A stretch of 64,000 nt of DNA from Alphaproteobacteria bacterium (GCA_965228895.1 OZ245842.1:768001-832000), one strand, 5' to 3'. Counted from the stretch's first letter, positions 38,726-50,243 are shown. The notes: a model not told the origin generated them from the letters alone. Program-made: numbers and translations.

Positions 38726-39553
38726 TCAGGCCGTCAGATGGGGCGCCATGACGCCGTTGAACGAGAAGGATACGGCGCCTGCCATCAGCACATGGCCGTC
38801 GTCTTCACGCCAGGTGATGGTCAGCGGACCGCCGTCCAACTGGATGGTGGTCTGTCGCCCGGCCAGACCGCGCCGGTTGGCCGCGACCCCTGTCGCGCAG
38901 GCTGCCGAACCGCACGCCCGGGTCTGGCCGGCCGCGCGCTCCCATACCCTGAGGCGGATTTGATCCGTGCCGGTCACTTGGGCGAAGCTGACATTGGCGC
39001 CTTCCGAGAACAGGGGATGGCGCTCCAGCGCCGCGCCGACGGCGGGGACGTCGATCGCCTCGGCGTCATCGACAAAAAAGACCATGTGCGGGTTGCCCAT
39101 GTTGACGGCGCACGCCGGGCCAGGCGCTGGTTCGCCAAGGTCGATGGCCTCGGTCCCGGTTTCGCTGGCGAGCGGTATGTCCTGCCACGACAGGTTCGCC
39201 GGACCCATATCGACGGCGATGCCCGTGTCGGTGATCCGGCATTGCAGGACGCCGGCCACGGTCTCGATCTCGGTGCTGTCGCGCCCGTCCTCATCCATCA
39301 ACAGGTGGGCGACACAGCGCGTGCCGTTACCGCAGGCTTCCGCGTCGCTGCCGTCGGGGTTCCAGATGCGCATGAAGGCGTCGGCCTTGTCGGACGGTTC
39401 GATGCGCAAAAGCTGGTCAAAGCCGATACCGGTATGGCGATCGCCGATACGCTGGATGGCGTCGCGCGACAGCTCGTGGTCATGCTTGCGCGCGTCGACA
39501 ATGACAAAGTCGTTGCCGAGCCCGTGCATCTTGATGAAGTCCACACCGCTCAT
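38726..39553 (-). CDS. dapF: Diaminopimelate epimerase
   Basis: KMHGLGNDF, ACGNGTRC, MGNPH and TRACGS motifs. Confidence 0.95.
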   Translation of the reverse strand: MSGVDFIKMHGLGNDFVIVDARKHDHELSRDAIQRIGDRHTGIGFDQLLRIEPSDKADAFMRIWNPDGSDAEACGNGTRCVAHLLMDEDGRDSTEIETVAGVLQCRITDTGIAVDMGPANLSWQDIPLASETGTEAIDLGEPAPGPACAVNMGNPHMVFFVDDAEAIDVPAVGAALERHPLFSEGANVSFAQVTGTDQIRLRVWERAAGQTRACGSAACATGVAANRRGLAGRQTTIQLDGGPLTITWREDDGHVLMAGAVSFSFNGVMAPHLTA

Positions 39554-39656
39554 GGCCGGTATATAGGTGCTAGACGAGGCGAAAGTCCACCAATCGGCGC
39601 TTTTTGGGCCAAACCCGCTATAGTGCCGCCAACCGAGGAAACCAGGGGAAACTGCG

Positions 39657-40136
39657 GTGACAACGTTCGATCGATTGCCGGTTCTGGAACGCCGGCGCAT
39701 TCAAGCCGAGGTCATCAAGCCGATCTTTGAGGCCATGGTGACCCGTATCGGTGAAGATATGGCGCGCGAGATCCTGGGCGGCGCCATCAAAAAGGCCGCT
39801 ATTGACGAGGGCCGTCGGTTCGCCGAGCGCGATGGCGACGATGGTGGCGTGAAGGGCTTTGTTGCCATGCAGCACCTGTGGGAGGCCGATGGCGCGCTGG
39901 AAACCGAAGTCATCGAACAGACCGAGACGACCTATGTCTACAAGGTCAACCGGTGCCGCTACGCGGAGATGTACCGCGACATGGGTATGGCCGATATCGG
40001 CTTCCTCTTGTCATGCAACCGCGACGGCACGTTCTGTGAGGGTTACGACCCCAACCTCAAGCTCACCCGTAAGCAGACATTGATGCAGGGCGACGATCAC
40101 TGCGACTTCCACTATCGGCTTGATGAGGAGCGCTGA
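39657..40136 (+). CDS. L-2-amino-thiazoline-4-carboxylic acid hydrolase family protein
   Basis: RCRYAEMY, LSCNRD and TLMQGDDHCDFHY three-Cys pattern. Confidence 0.8.
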   Translation: MTTFDRLPVLERRRIQAEVIKPIFEAMVTRIGEDMAREILGGAIKKAAIDEGRRFAERDGDDGGVKGFVAMQHLWEADGALETEVIEQTETTYVYKVNRCRYAEMYRDMGMADIGFLLSCNRDGTFCEGYDPNLKLTRKQTLMQGDDHCDFHYRLDEER

Positions 40137-40163
40137 GCCTGACGGGCAGCGGAGAACAGACCC

Positions 40164-40364
40164 TTGAACGATCGGCTACCTTTTTGGCAGCGTCTATTGA
40201 TCACTCTCCTGGTGATGCTGCTCAGCAGTTATGTGGCGGGCATCATTTGTCAGCTCATTTTCGGATTCGCCATTCCCAGCTACATCGCCGGCGCCATCGG
40301 CGGTCTGACAAGCCTTCCGACCTGGGATTTCCTCAAGCGAATTCGACCATCCGGCCGGGGATAG
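40164..40364 (+). CDS. Small two-helix membrane protein of unknown function
   Basis: 66-aa hydrophobic ORF with GGAG SD and TTG start; PSYIAGAIGGL..P.W. Confidence 0.6.
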   Translation: MNDRLPFWQRLLITLLVMLLSSYVAGIICQLIFGFAIPSYIAGAIGGLTSLPTWDFLKRIRPSGRG

Positions 40365-40389
40365 CGCGGTTACGGATAACCGGCGGTGA

Positions 40390-41865
40390 TCAACCGAACA
40401 TCAGTTTGATTGCCCAAGGCAGGTAGAGGCTGATCAGGACGACGGCGGCCAGATTGATCAGGAAACCCGCGCGCGCCATCTGACCGGCGCTCACGGCGCC
40501 GCTGCCATAGACGATGGCGTTGGGCGGGGTCGCCACCGGCAGCATGAAGGCGCAGCTTGCCGCCACCGCGACCGGCGCGGCGAGGTCAATCGGGCTGACG
40601 CCCAAGGTCAGGGCGAGTGCGCCGGCAATTGGGATGAAGGTCGCGGAGGTCGCGGTGTTGCTGGTGATCTCGGTCAAAAAGACGATGATAAGGACCGCCA
40701 TGCCGGTGATGAGCAGAACCGGCCATGTCATGAGGTTCTCAAGCCCATGACCGATCCACTCGGCAAGACCCGACGTCTCGATCGCGTCGGCAAGCGACAG
40801 ACCGCCGCCCAACAGAATCAGCACTCCCCAGGGAACACGCTTGGCGCTCTCCCAGTCGAGCAGACGCGGGCCGTCCGATCCGCCTGACGGCATCACAAAA
40901 AGCAAAACCGCCGCGCCGATGGCGACGCTCGTGTCGCTGACGACGCCAGGACCCAGGACGAGGTCGATAAGGGGACCCGTGATCCACAGAACAGCGGTGA
41001 TGGCAACGACTAGCGCCACGCGAATTTCGCCCGCTGACATGGGTCCCAGTGACCGATGTTGTTCTGCGATAACCGAGGCCGCACCCTCAATCCTGCCACG
41101 CGGCAGGCGGCAGACGATACGGCACAAGATGAACCAGCCTGCGGCCAGCAGCGCGATACTGAGCGGCAGGGCGACGGCCATCCAGGCGGCAAATCCGACA
41201 TGGATGCCAAAACTCTCCGCCATGACGGCGGCGACCAGAGCGTTCGGCGGCGTGCCGATCAAGGTAGCGACGCCGCCTATGCTGGCGGCATAGGCAAGGC
41301 CCAGCAGCAAGGCGATGGGAAAGACGCCGCCGGCTTTTTCCTTGTCGTCGTGCAACAGGGCAATTACCGAGATCACGATTGGTAGCATCATGAGCGTTGT
41401 CGCGGTGTTCGACACCCACATGCTCAGGCCCGCTGCGGTGGCCATGAACCCGCCAACCAGGATGGCGGGCCGTTCCGGCAGGCGCACCAGCATGGCAAGC
41501 GCGATGCGCCGGTGAATCCCCACCCGCTCAACGGCGAGCGCGATCAGGAATCCACCCAAGAACAGGAAGATCAGTTGATTGCCGAAGGGTGCCGTGGCTT
41601 CGACCACCGTGCTGTCACCCGTCGCGGGCAATACGACAACTGGCAACAGCGCGGTGGCCGGCAGCGGCACCGCTTCGCTCATCCACCAGACCGCCATCCA
41701 CAGCGCCAGCCCGGCAACGTGCCAGCCCGTCTCGGGCAGCCCTTGCGGTGGCGCCAGAACGAGTGTCAGAAGGAAAAGCGCCGGGCCCAGGGCCATGCCG
41801 GTGTGCCGCACTAAGGCGGCATGGCGGTGCGGGCGGTCGGGCGTAGCGGTGTCGGGTTCGAACAT
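40390..41865 (-). CDS. DASS/SLC13 family Na+/anion (dicarboxylate/sulfate) symporter
   Basis: SMWVSNTAT, LIGTPPN, TEITSNTAT and PVATPPNAI motifs. Confidence 0.9.
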   Translation of the reverse strand: MFEPDTATPDRPHRHAALVRHTGMALGPALFLLTLVLAPPQGLPETGWHVAGLALWMAVWWMSEAVPLPATALLPVVVLPATGDSTVVEATAPFGNQLIFLFLGGFLIALAVERVGIHRRIALAMLVRLPERPAILVGGFMATAAGLSMWVSNTATTLMMLPIVISVIALLHDDKEKAGGVFPIALLLGLAYAASIGGVATLIGTPPNALVAAVMAESFGIHVGFAAWMAVALPLSIALLAAGWFILCRIVCRLPRGRIEGAASVIAEQHRSLGPMSAGEIRVALVVAITAVLWITGPLIDLVLGPGVVSDTSVAIGAAVLLFVMPSGGSDGPRLLDWESAKRVPWGVLILLGGGLSLADAIETSGLAEWIGHGLENLMTWPVLLITGMAVLIIVFLTEITSNTATSATFIPIAGALALTLGVSPIDLAAPVAVAASCAFMLPVATPPNAIVYGSGAVSAGQMARAGFLINLAAVVLISLYLPWAIKLMFG

Positions 41866-41997
41866 GGCATCGGAGCCTAATGCAACGGGCTGTCCATGGC
41901 CCTTGACCTGAATCATGGGGTCACGCTAAGTCGCGCCGGACTGGCCGGCGCACCATATGCTAGGCTATGTGGATCTTAACACCGGGAAGCACCGCCT

Positions 41998-43419
41998 ATG
42001 TTCGATAGCTTAAGCGGCAGGCTTAACGACATTTTCGACCGCATGCGCCGGCGCGGCGCCCTGCGCGAAGACGATGTCGGCGCGGCGTTGCGCGAGGTGC
42101 GCGTGGCGCTGCTCGAGGCCGACGTCGCGCTGCCGGTTGTCAAGGAGTTCGTCGCTAAGGTCAAGGAACAGGCGATCGGCCAGGAGGTCCTGCGCGGCGT
42201 CAATCCGGGTCAGATGGTGGTCAAGATCGTCCATGACGAGCTGGTCGCTACTCTGGGCTCGGAAGCAAGCGAGCTCAATTTGGCGGGTAACCCGCCGGTC
42301 GCGATCATGATGGTCGGTCTGCAGGGTTCCGGTAAGACGACCTCGACCGCGAAGATCGCACGCCGCCTGCAGGAGCGTGACAAGAAACGCGTCCTGATGG
42401 CCTCGCTCGATACCCGCCGTCCGGCCGCTCAGGAGCAGTTGAAGGTGCTGGGCGAGCAGGCGGGCGTGGTGACGCTGGAAATCGTGCCCGGTCAGGAGCC
42501 GGTCGCCATCGCCAAGCGCGCCATGGACCAGGGCGCCAAGGGCGGTTTCGACGTCGTCATGCTGGATACCGCAGGCCGCCTGCATGTCGACGACGCGTTG
42601 ATGGCCGAAGCCGCCGCCGTCCGTGATGCGACCGGCCCGATCGAGAGCCTGCTGGTGGTCGACGCCATGACCGGTCAGGACGCGGTCAACGTCGCCCAGA
42701 GTTTCAAGGACACGGTCGGTGTGACCGGCATCGTCATGACCCGGGTCGACGGCGACGCGCGCGGGGGTGCCGCGCTCAGCATGCGCCAGGTCACCGGCTG
42801 TCCGATCAAGCTGATCGGTGTCGGCGAGAAACTCGATGCGCTGGAGGCGTTCCATCCCGACCGCATCGCCGGGCGCATCCTGGGCATGGGCGATGTCGTC
42901 AGCCTGGTCGAGAAGGCCGCTGAGACGATTGAGCACGACGAGGCCGAGCGTTTCCGCAAGAAGTTCGAGAAGGGCCAGAAGTTCGATCTGGAAGATATGG
43001 CGAGCCAGCTTAAGCAGCTGCGCAAGATGGGCGGCATGGACGGGCTGATGAGCCTGATGCCGGGCGTCGCCAAGGCCAAGAAACAGATGAAGGCGGCCAA
43101 GATGGACGACAGCCTGTTGGCCCGCCAGGAGGCGATCTTGTCGTCGATGACGCCGAAGGAGCGGCGCGATCCCCGCTTGATCAACGCTTCGCGCAAACGA
43201 CGGATCGCGGCCGGCGCCGGCGTCGCGGTGCCCGACGTCAACAAGATCCTGAAGCAGTATCAGGAAATGAACTCGATGATGAAAAAGGTCCGCAAGATGA
43301 GCAAGAAGGGCCAGCTGCCCGGCGGCCTGCCAGGCATGCCGGGCGGCGGCGAGATGCCGGCGGACCTGCCGGGCGCCATGCCCGACGGCCTGAAACTGCC
43401 GCCGGGCTTCAAGTTCTAG
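41998..43419 (+). CDS. ffh: Signal recognition particle protein Ffh
   Basis: GLQGSGKTT, DTAGRL, RILGMGD and Met-rich M domain. Confidence 0.97.
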   Translation: MFDSLSGRLNDIFDRMRRRGALREDDVGAALREVRVALLEADVALPVVKEFVAKVKEQAIGQEVLRGVNPGQMVVKIVHDELVATLGSEASELNLAGNPPVAIMMVGLQGSGKTTSTAKIARRLQERDKKRVLMASLDTRRPAAQEQLKVLGEQAGVVTLEIVPGQEPVAIAKRAMDQGAKGGFDVVMLDTAGRLHVDDALMAEAAAVRDATGPIESLLVVDAMTGQDAVNVAQSFKDTVGVTGIVMTRVDGDARGGAALSMRQVTGCPIKLIGVGEKLDALEAFHPDRIAGRILGMGDVVSLVEKAAETIEHDEAERFRKKFEKGQKFDLEDMASQLKQLRKMGGMDGLMSLMPGVAKAKKQMKAAKMDDSLLARQEAILSSMTPKERRDPRLINASRKRRIAAGAGVAVPDVNKILKQYQEMNSMMKKVRKMSKKGQLPGGLPGMPGGGEMPADLPGAMPDGLKLPPGFKF

Positions 43420-43446
43420 GTAGATTCGCTTCAGCATTGACCGGTG

Positions 43447-43515
43447 CCAGCCCACTCCCCCTCCCGGCCACCCATGGCAGCATCCTCGGGGTGGCCGGGA
43501 GGGGGAGTGGGCCGG
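43447..43515. repeat. 69-nt palindromic REP-like element, copy 2 (inverted relative to copy 1)
   Basis: CCAGCCCACTCCCCCTCCCGGCCACCC...GGGTGGCCGGGAGGGGGAGTGGGCCGG between ffh and rpsP. Confidence 0.85.
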
Positions 43516-43700
43516 TGATGCGCCGTGTCTGGCCCTTGGCCGGACCACAATCCAACCAAAACCAACACTTGCGATTCCCCTGCAGCGGCTTTATGTAGCC
43601 GCTCCGGTTTCCAGATTTATGAGCAGTTTCTCAGGCGGCATGCTGGGATCGCAGCCGATTTCGGCGGTTTTCGCTTGAGAAACAAGAGGATAGACGACGT

Positions 43701-44207
43701 ATGGCCTTGAAGATTCGCCTTTCCCGCGGTGGCGCCAAGAAGCGCCCGATGTACCGAATCGTGGTCGCCGATTCCAGGCGCGCCCGCGACGGCCGCTTTA
43801 TCGAGCGCCTCGGCCTTTATCAGCCGATGCTGGCCAAGGATGATCCCGAGCGCCTGACCATGGACACGGACCGCATCAAGTATTGGCTCGACAAGGGCGC
43901 GACGCCGACCGACCGGGTCGCGATTTTCCTGGGCTCTGCCGATATCATCCCGATGCGGACCCGCACCAAGGGCAGCGGTAAGCAGAAGATCCGCGAGGAA
44001 GAGGCCGCCAAGGCGGCCGCGGAGGCCGAAGCCGAGGCAAAGGCCGCCGCCGAGGCTGAAGCCGCGAAGGCCGCGGAAGCCAGCGAAGAGGCGTCTGAGG
44101 CGCCTGCCGAGGCCGAGGAAGCACCGGCCGAGGAGGCACCTGCCGAGGCCGAAGCCGCGCCTGCCGAGGAGCCCGCCGAGGATGGCGAGGAGAAGCCGGC
44201 CGGCTGA
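43701..44207 (+). CDS. rpsP: 30S ribosomal protein S16 with Ala/Glu-rich C-terminal extension
   Basis: [33 protein letters not shown]; GAGGA SD. Confidence 0.96.
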   Translation: MALKIRLSRGGAKKRPMYRIVVADSRRARDGRFIERLGLYQPMLAKDDPERLTMDTDRIKYWLDKGATPTDRVAIFLGSADIIPMRTRTKGSGKQKIREEEAAKAAAEAEAEAKAAAEAEAAKAAEASEEASEAPAEAEEAPAEEAPAEAEAAPAEEPAEDGEEKPAG

Positions 44208-44751
44208 ATCCCAGGCGCCGTCTGACGACGGTGCCGGCGACTGGGTTTGCATGGCGGTCATCGGTGCGCCCAAAGGCGTCCGTGGCGCTCTCAAGATTAC
44301 CTGTTTCAGCGAAGAGCCCGACAGTGTCGTGGCCTATGGACCGCTCTCCGTGGGACCGGGCGAGCGGACGTTGACACTGCACCTGCTGGAACGCCTCAAA
44401 AACAACCAGATCGTGGTCGCCATCGACGGTATCGAGGATCGTGATGCCGCCGCCGCGCTGACCGGTACCCGGCTCTATCTGCGCCGCGCCGACCTGCCGG
44501 AGCCCGAGGATGACGACGAGTTCTATTTCCACGATCTGATCGGCCTTGCGGTCCAACATGTCGACGGCCATGCGATCGGCCGGGTGACCACGGTTCACGA
44601 TCACGGCGCCGGCGCCTTTCTGGAGGTCTTGCCGGATGGCGCAAACAAGACCGTGATCATCCCCTTTACCCGCGAGGCCGTGCCGGTGGTCGATCTGGAG
44701 CACGGCAAACTGGTGGCCAACCCGCCGGCCGGTCTGATGGATGATGGCTGA
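44182..44751 (+). CDS. rimM: Ribosome maturation factor RimM
   Basis: [26 protein letters not shown] and IPFT motifs; synteny. Start uncertain. Confidence 0.92.
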   Translation: MARRSRPAESQAPSDDGAGDWVCMAVIGAPKGVRGALKITCFSEEPDSVVAYGPLSVGPGERTLTLHLLERLKNNQIVVAIDGIEDRDAAAALTGTRLYLRRADLPEPEDDDEFYFHDLIGLAVQHVDGHAIGRVTTVHDHGAGAFLEVLPDGANKTVIIPFTREAVPVVDLEHGKLVANPPAGLMDDG

Positions 44752-45466
44752 AAACCGGCAGAAAACCTGGACGGCGACGGTGCTGAGCCTGTTTCCGGAG
44801 ATGTTCCCGGGTCCGTTGGGTGCATCGCTACCGGGCAAGGCGCTGGAATCCGGCCTGTGGGCGCTGGAAACGGTGGACATTCGCGATTTTGCGCGTAATA
44901 AACACCGCTCTGTTGACGACAGCCCCTTCGGCGGCGGGCCAGGCATGGTGATGCGGCCCGACGTTTTGGCCGCAGCGATCGATGCCGTGGCCGGCGAGGG
45001 GGAGGACGAAGCGCTGATCTACCTGACCCCGCGTGGCAAACAGCTAACGCAAGCGCGGGTGAGGGAATTGTCCCGGCTTCGCCGTCTCACCATCGTCTGT
45101 GGCCGTTTCGAGGGCGTGGACGAACGGGTGATCGAGGCGCGGGAGATGGAGGAGATCTCGATCGGTGATTTCGTGCTGTCGGGCGGAGAACCGGCGGCTA
45201 TCGCCTTGATCGATGCCTGTGTGCGTTTGCTGCCAGGCGTCGTCGGTGCGCCGCAAGGATTGGACGAGGAGAGTTTCGAAGGCGGATTGCTGGAGTATCC
45301 GCACTATACGCGCCCCAACCCCTGGGAGGGACGCGACGTGCCGGAGGTTCTGCTGTCGGGTCACCACGAGAAGGTCCGCCAGTGGCGCCAGCAGGAAGCC
45401 GAAAAAATCACGCGCCGGCGTCGACCGGATTTGTGGCAACGCTATAGGCGCGATCACGACACCTGA
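44741..45466 (+). CDS. trmD: tRNA (guanine37-N1)-methyltransferase TrmD
   Basis: [33 protein letters not shown] and EYPHYTRP motifs. Confidence 0.97.
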   Translation: MMAENRQKTWTATVLSLFPEMFPGPLGASLPGKALESGLWALETVDIRDFARNKHRSVDDSPFGGGPGMVMRPDVLAAAIDAVAGEGEDEALIYLTPRGKQLTQARVRELSRLRRLTIVCGRFEGVDERVIEAREMEEISIGDFVLSGGEPAAIALIDACVRLLPGVVGAPQGLDEESFEGGLLEYPHYTRPNPWEGRDVPEVLLSGHHEKVRQWRQQEAEKITRRRRPDLWQRYRRDHDT

Positions 45467-45506
45467 TAGGAAACATGCCGGCAGGCCGCGGCTGGAGGAA
45501 TTTGAG

Positions 45507-45896
45507 ATGAACGTTGTCGAAACGATCGAGCAGCAGCAGATCGACAAACTGACCGCCGACAAGGCGATCCCCGAGTTCGCGCCGGGCGACACGGTGCGTG
45601 TCGCCGTGCGCGTCATCGAAGGCACGCGCGAACGTGTCCAGAACTATGAGGGCGTGTGCATCGCGCGTAAGAACCGCGGCCTCAATTCGTCCTTCACGGT
45701 GCGCAAGCTTTCCTACGGTGAAGGCGTGGAGCAGGTCTTCCCGCTTTATTCGCCGCGCATTGCCGGCATCGAGGTGGTGCGCCGCGGCGATGTGCGCCGC
45801 GCCAAGCTTTATTACCTTCGTGGACGTACCGGCAAGGCGGCCCGTATCGCCGAGAAGCGTGAGGACCGTACGAAGAAGACCGATAACGGCGCCTGA
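45507..45896 (+). CDS. rplS: 50S ribosomal protein L19
   Basis: [22 protein letters not shown] and [10 protein letters not shown] motifs; GGAGG SD. Confidence 0.97.
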   Translation: MNVVETIEQQQIDKLTADKAIPEFAPGDTVRVAVRVIEGTRERVQNYEGVCIARKNRGLNSSFTVRKLSYGEGVEQVFPLYSPRIAGIEVVRRGDVRRAKLYYLRGRTGKAARIAEKREDRTKKTDNGA

Positions 45897-45963
45897 CACG
45901 CGCGCCGGGTGCAGCCGGCGACACCGTCGGTCGCCAGAAAAACGACGGAGTTGATCAGACACC

Positions 45964-47373
45964 ATGACCAAACCGCGCACGCTGTTTGACAAGATCTGGG
46001 ACGATCACGTCGTCGCCCATAATGGTGACGGCACACCGGTCATCTATATCGACCGCCACCTCGTGCATGAGGTGACCAGCCCACAGGCGTTTGAAGGTCT
46101 GCGCAATCACGGCCGCCGGGTACGCCGGCCCGCCGCGACGCTGGCCGTTGCCGACCACAACGTCCCGACCCACGACCGCGCACTCGGCATTGACGATGAG
46201 GAGTCGTGCATTCAGGTCGAGACCCTGACGATGAATTGTGAGGCGTTCGGCGTCGAGCTCTTCGGCATGAACGATCCGCGTCAGGGTATCGTGCACATTA
46301 TCGGGCCGGAGCAGGGTTTCATTCAGCCGGGCATGACCGTGGTGTGCGGTGATAGCCACACCTCGACCCACGGCGCATTCGGCGCGCTCGCCTTCGGTAT
46401 CGGTACCAGCGAGGTCGAACACGTCCTGGCGACCCAGACCATGGTCGAGGACAAACCGAAGAACATGTTGGTCAAGGTCGACGGCGATGTGCCGCTCGGC
46501 GTCACCGCCAAAGACGTGGTGCTGGCGATCATCGGTGCCATCGGCACCGCCGGCGGTACCGGCCACGTTATCGAGTTTGCCGGATCTGTCATTCGCGGGC
46601 TTTCCATGGAAGGCCGCATGACGGTTTGCAATATGACGATCGAAGGCGGTGCGCGCGCCGGCCTGATTGCGCCCGACGACACGACCATCGACTACGTCAA
46701 GGGCCGTCCGATGGCGCCGACCGGCGATCACTGGGACCAGGCCGTCGCCTACTGGCGGTCGCTGCCCAGCGACGAGGGCGCGCATTTCGACAAGCAGGTT
46801 TTCCTGGACGCGGCTGACATCGAACCGCAGGTGACGTGGGGGACGAGCCCCGAAAACGTCCTGCCGATCTCCGGCCGCGTGCCCGACCCCGCCGATTGTG
46901 CCGAAGACCATCACCGTGACGCCATGGTGCGCTCATTGAACTACATGGACCTGAAGCCCGGCACGCCGCTGGACGGCATCACGATTGACCGCGTCTTCAT
47001 CGGCAGCTGCACCAACGGCCGCATCGAAGACTTGCGCGCCGTCGCCGAGGTCGCCAAGGGCCGCAAGGTCGCCGATAACGTGAACGCCATGGTGGTGCCC
47101 GGTTCCGGGTTGGTGAAGCAGCAGGCCGAAGAAGAGGGCATCGCGCAGGTGCTGGTCGATGCCGGTTTTGATTGGCGCGAACCCGGCTGTTCCATGTGCC
47201 TGGCGATGAACGCCGACAAGCTTGAGCCCGGCGAACGCTGCGCCTCGACCTCGAACCGCAACTTCGAAGGCCGTCAAGGCCGCGGCGGGCGCACCCATCT
47301 GGTCAGCCCGGCCATGGCGGCGGCGGCCGCGATTGCCGGTACACTGACCGACGTTCGCAAACTGGTTGGCTGA
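45964..47373 (+). CDS. leuC: 3-isopropylmalate dehydratase large subunit
   Basis: [30 protein letters not shown] and [12 protein letters not shown] motifs. Confidence 0.97.
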   Translation: MTKPRTLFDKIWDDHVVAHNGDGTPVIYIDRHLVHEVTSPQAFEGLRNHGRRVRRPAATLAVADHNVPTHDRALGIDDEESCIQVETLTMNCEAFGVELFGMNDPRQGIVHIIGPEQGFIQPGMTVVCGDSHTSTHGAFGALAFGIGTSEVEHVLATQTMVEDKPKNMLVKVDGDVPLGVTAKDVVLAIIGAIGTAGGTGHVIEFAGSVIRGLSMEGRMTVCNMTIEGGARAGLIAPDDTTIDYVKGRPMAPTGDHWDQAVAYWRSLPSDEGAHFDKQVFLDAADIEPQVTWGTSPENVLPISGRVPDPADCAEDHHRDAMVRSLNYMDLKPGTPLDGITIDRVFIGSCTNGRIEDLRAVAEVAKGRKVADNVNAMVVPGSGLVKQQAEEEGIAQVLVDAGFDWREPGCSMCLAMNADKLEPGERCASTSNRNFEGRQGRGGRTHLVSPAMAAAAAIAGTLTDVRKLVG

Positions 47374-47384
47374 GGGAGACGATT

Positions 47385-47990
47385 ATGGACAAGTTCACCA
47401 CGTTGACCGGGATCGCCGCGCCCTTGCCGATGATCAACGTCGATACCGATATGATCATTCCCAAACAGTACCTGAAGACGATCAAGCGCACGGGCCTTGG
47501 CAAACATTTGTTTGACGAAATGCGTTTCACGCCGGACGGCAAGGAAGTCCCTGAGTTCATCTTGAACCAGGATGCCTACCGCAAGGCCGAGATCCTGATC
47601 GCCGACGAGAACTTCGGCTGTGGCTCCAGCCGTGAACATGCGCCGTGGGCGCTGCTCGATTTCGGCATCCGCTGCGTCATCGCGCCGAGCTTCGCTGACA
47701 TCTTTTTCAACAACTGCGTCAACAACGGCATCCTGTGCATCGAGCTGCCCGACTGGGAAGTTCACCGCTTGCTCGCCGATGCCGGGCTTGGCGCCAACGC
47801 CCGTTTTACAGTTGATCTGGAAGCGCAGACGATAACCCGTCCCGACGGTGAGACGATCGAGTTCGACATCGACGCCGCCCGCAAGCACCGCCTGTTAAAT
47901 GGCCTTGACGAGATCGGCCTGACCATGCAGATGGACGATCAGATCTCCGACTTTGAATCCGAACGCGATAAGAAGCATCCCTGGGTGTGA
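47385..47990 (+). CDS. leuD: 3-isopropylmalate dehydratase small subunit
   Basis: [11 protein letters not shown] and [13 protein letters not shown] motifs. Confidence 0.97.
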   Translation: MDKFTTLTGIAAPLPMINVDTDMIIPKQYLKTIKRTGLGKHLFDEMRFTPDGKEVPEFILNQDAYRKAEILIADENFGCGSSREHAPWALLDFGIRCVIAPSFADIFFNNCVNNGILCIELPDWEVHRLLADAGLGANARFTVDLEAQTITRPDGETIEFDIDAARKHRLLNGLDEIGLTMQMDDQISDFESERDKKHPWV

Positions 47991-48354
47991 ACGCCACGCG
48001 CGAACGGCGGACGACTGTGTCGAACCTACGCCGTGGACCGTAAGTCTTCTCTCGACATCGCGACGTCGAGCAGTGCCGTCACCCGCTATGTTGGCATGCG
48101 TGTGGGGCGCATGACGATCAGCGCGCGAGTAGCGCTGAAATTTGCAGCTAGCGTTCAAGGGGCGATGGCCCTCGAACCAACCCTACTTTGAGTGGTGTCG
48201 TCGGCATGTTTGTTGGTTGTCGAAAAACTCCTACCATTCCCCGTGATGCGCTGGTAGGGGATGCGACACGGGCGGCTCTGGGGCAAAGCTGGCGCGTCGC
48301 ATCTGCGTCAAAGATCTACCCGTACATAGACTGTCCTGGTTTGGGGGGAACACA

Positions 48355-49464
48355 ATGACAGCCAACAAGCAGCTGCTGATGCTGCCTGGCGATGGCATCG
48401 GCCGTGAGGTCATGGCCGTGGCGGAACGTGTGGTTGACTGGTATGCCAAACGCCGGTCGCTTCAATTCGATGTCGAACACGATCTGATCGGTGGAATCTC
48501 GTTCGATACGCACGGCACGCCGTTGACGGACTCGGCGCTCGAGCGCGCCAAGCGAGCTGATGCCGTGCTGCTGGGTGCTGTCGGTGGACCCCAATGGGAT
48601 GGTCTGGCGCGTGAGCACAAACCGGAGACCGGCCTCCTGAAGATCCGCAAGGAGATGGGTCTTTTCGCGAACTTGCGCCCGGCCCTCGTTTTCCCAGCTT
48701 TGGCGGAAGCCTCGACCCTCAAGACCGAGCTGGTGTCGGGCCTCGACATCATGGTCGTGCGCGAATTGACCGGCGGTATCTATTTTGGCGAACCGCGTGG
48801 CATCGACGATCTGGGTGGTGGCGAACGCAAGGGCTTCAACACCATGGTCTACACGACCGAAGAGGTGCGGCGCATCGCCCGTGTCGCCTTCGACCTGGCC
48901 AAGAAACGGAGTGGCCGCGTGTGCAGCATCGACAAAGCCAACGTGCTGGATGTTTCCATGCTGTGGCGCGAGGAGGTCATCAAGCTGCACCAGGAAGAAT
49001 ATGCCGACATCGAGCTATCGCACATGTATGTCGACAACGCGGCCATGCAGTTGGTGCGCGATCCCAAGCAGTTCGATGTCATCGTTACCGGCAACATGTT
49101 CGGCGACATTCTTTCGGATGCGGCCGCGATGCTGACCGGTTCGCTCGGCATGTTGCCGTCGGCGTCGTTGGGTGCGGAGGTTGGCGGTCGCATTCCGGCA
49201 CTCTATGAACCCGTCCACGGTTCGGCACCGGACATCGCCGGCAAGGACATAGCGAACCCGCTTGCGACCCTGCAGAGCTTTTCGATGATGCTGCGGTACT
49301 CCTTCGACTTGGGCGAGGAGGCGCAACTGCTGGAGACCGCAATCGAACGTGTGCTGGCCAGCGGTTTGCGAACCGCCGACATCATGCAGGACGGCAAGGC
49401 GCGGGTGTCGACCAGCACCATGGCCGACGCCATCTTGCGCGAGCTCGACAAGGCTGCCGACTAG
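48355..49464 (+). CDS. leuB: 3-isopropylmalate dehydrogenase
   Basis: [25 protein letters not shown] and [10 protein letters not shown] motifs. Confidence 0.97.
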   Translation: MTANKQLLMLPGDGIGREVMAVAERVVDWYAKRRSLQFDVEHDLIGGISFDTHGTPLTDSALERAKRADAVLLGAVGGPQWDGLAREHKPETGLLKIRKEMGLFANLRPALVFPALAEASTLKTELVSGLDIMVVRELTGGIYFGEPRGIDDLGGGERKGFNTMVYTTEEVRRIARVAFDLAKKRSGRVCSIDKANVLDVSMLWREEVIKLHQEEYADIELSHMYVDNAAMQLVRDPKQFDVIVTGNMFGDILSDAAAMLTGSLGMLPSASLGAEVGGRIPALYEPVHGSAPDIAGKDIANPLATLQSFSMMLRYSFDLGEEAQLLETAIERVLASGLRTADIMQDGKARVSTSTMADAILRELDKAAD

Positions 49465-49469
49465 TCTCG

Positions 49470-50243
49470 TTAGGGCGTGTTCACCGTCAGGTGCGTGCCT
49501 GAATCGACAACCAGCAACTGGCCGGTGACGCCCGGCGCGCCGCCGGCAAACCAGGCGACTGAATCGGCGACATCCTCGGCGCTCACAAGATGTTTCAGCA
49601 TCGATAGCTCGCGAACCCTGCCACGGAACGTTTCATAGGCAGCCGGCTCCATACGCTGCGCCGACCAGCGGGTGTCGACGTAGCCGGGGCACACCGCGTT
49701 GACCCGAACCTCCGGCGCCAGAATGCGCGCCAACGACATGGTGAGCGTGTTGAGCGCGCCCTTCGAGGCGGCGTAGACGACCGAGCTGCCGTAGCCCGAA
49801 AAACCTGAATGGGATGAGATGTTGACGACGCTGCCGTGCGACGCGCGCAACGCCTGTTCGGCCGCGCGCGCCATCTGAAAGGCGCCCCGGACGTTGACGC
49901 TGATGACCTTCTCGAAGTCCTCGGCGGTCACTTCGTCCATCTGATCAAGCGGTACATAGCGTGTGATCCCCGCATTGTTGACGAGGGCGTCGACCCGACC
50001 CCAACGGCCAAGCGCCGCATCGACCATGGACCGGCATACGGCATCGTCGGTGACGCTGCCTTGCTGAATGAAAAAGTCGGCGCCGGCGTCGCGGCACAAC
50101 CGGGCCGTTTGCTGAGCGTCAGCTTCGCTCCTGGTGAAATTGATGACGACGTTCCATCCGTCTGAGGCCAGACGGCGTGCGCTCGCCGCGCCGATGCCGG
50201 TGGCCGAGCCGGTGACGATGGCGACCTTGCGTTGGCCTGTCAT
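49470..50243 (-). CDS. SDR family NAD(P)-dependent oxidoreductase
   Basis: TGSATGIG, NNAG and YAASKG motifs. Confidence 0.88.
   Translation of the reverse strand: MTGQRKVAIVTGSATGIGAASARRLASDGWNVVINFTRSEADAQQTARLCRDAGADFFIQQGSVTDDAVCRSMVDAALGRWGRVDALVNNAGITRYVPLDQMDEVTAEDFEKVISVNVRGAFQMARAAEQALRASHGSVVNISSHSGFSGYGSSVVYAASKGALNTLTMSLARILAPEVRVNAVCPGYVDTRWSAQRMEPAAYETFRGRVRELSMLKHLVSAEDVADSVAWFAGGAPGVTGQLLVVDSGTHLTVNTP

Noticed and set aside
41917-41997. SRP RNA (ffs) or sigma54 promoter near ffh
   Set aside because: No SRP domain IV motif was seen, and the GG-N10-GC match is poor and implausible for ffh.
44020-44200. GCCGAGG-type short repeats as a CRISPR or tandem array
   Set aside because: They are coding low-complexity Ala/Glu repeats of S16, with no constant repeat-spacer period and no cas genes.
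48096-48191. 31-aa ORF ending CTA CTT TGA as a possible leuB leader peptide
   Set aside because: Only two tandem Leu codons and no downstream hairpin with a U-tract, unlike the asd leader.
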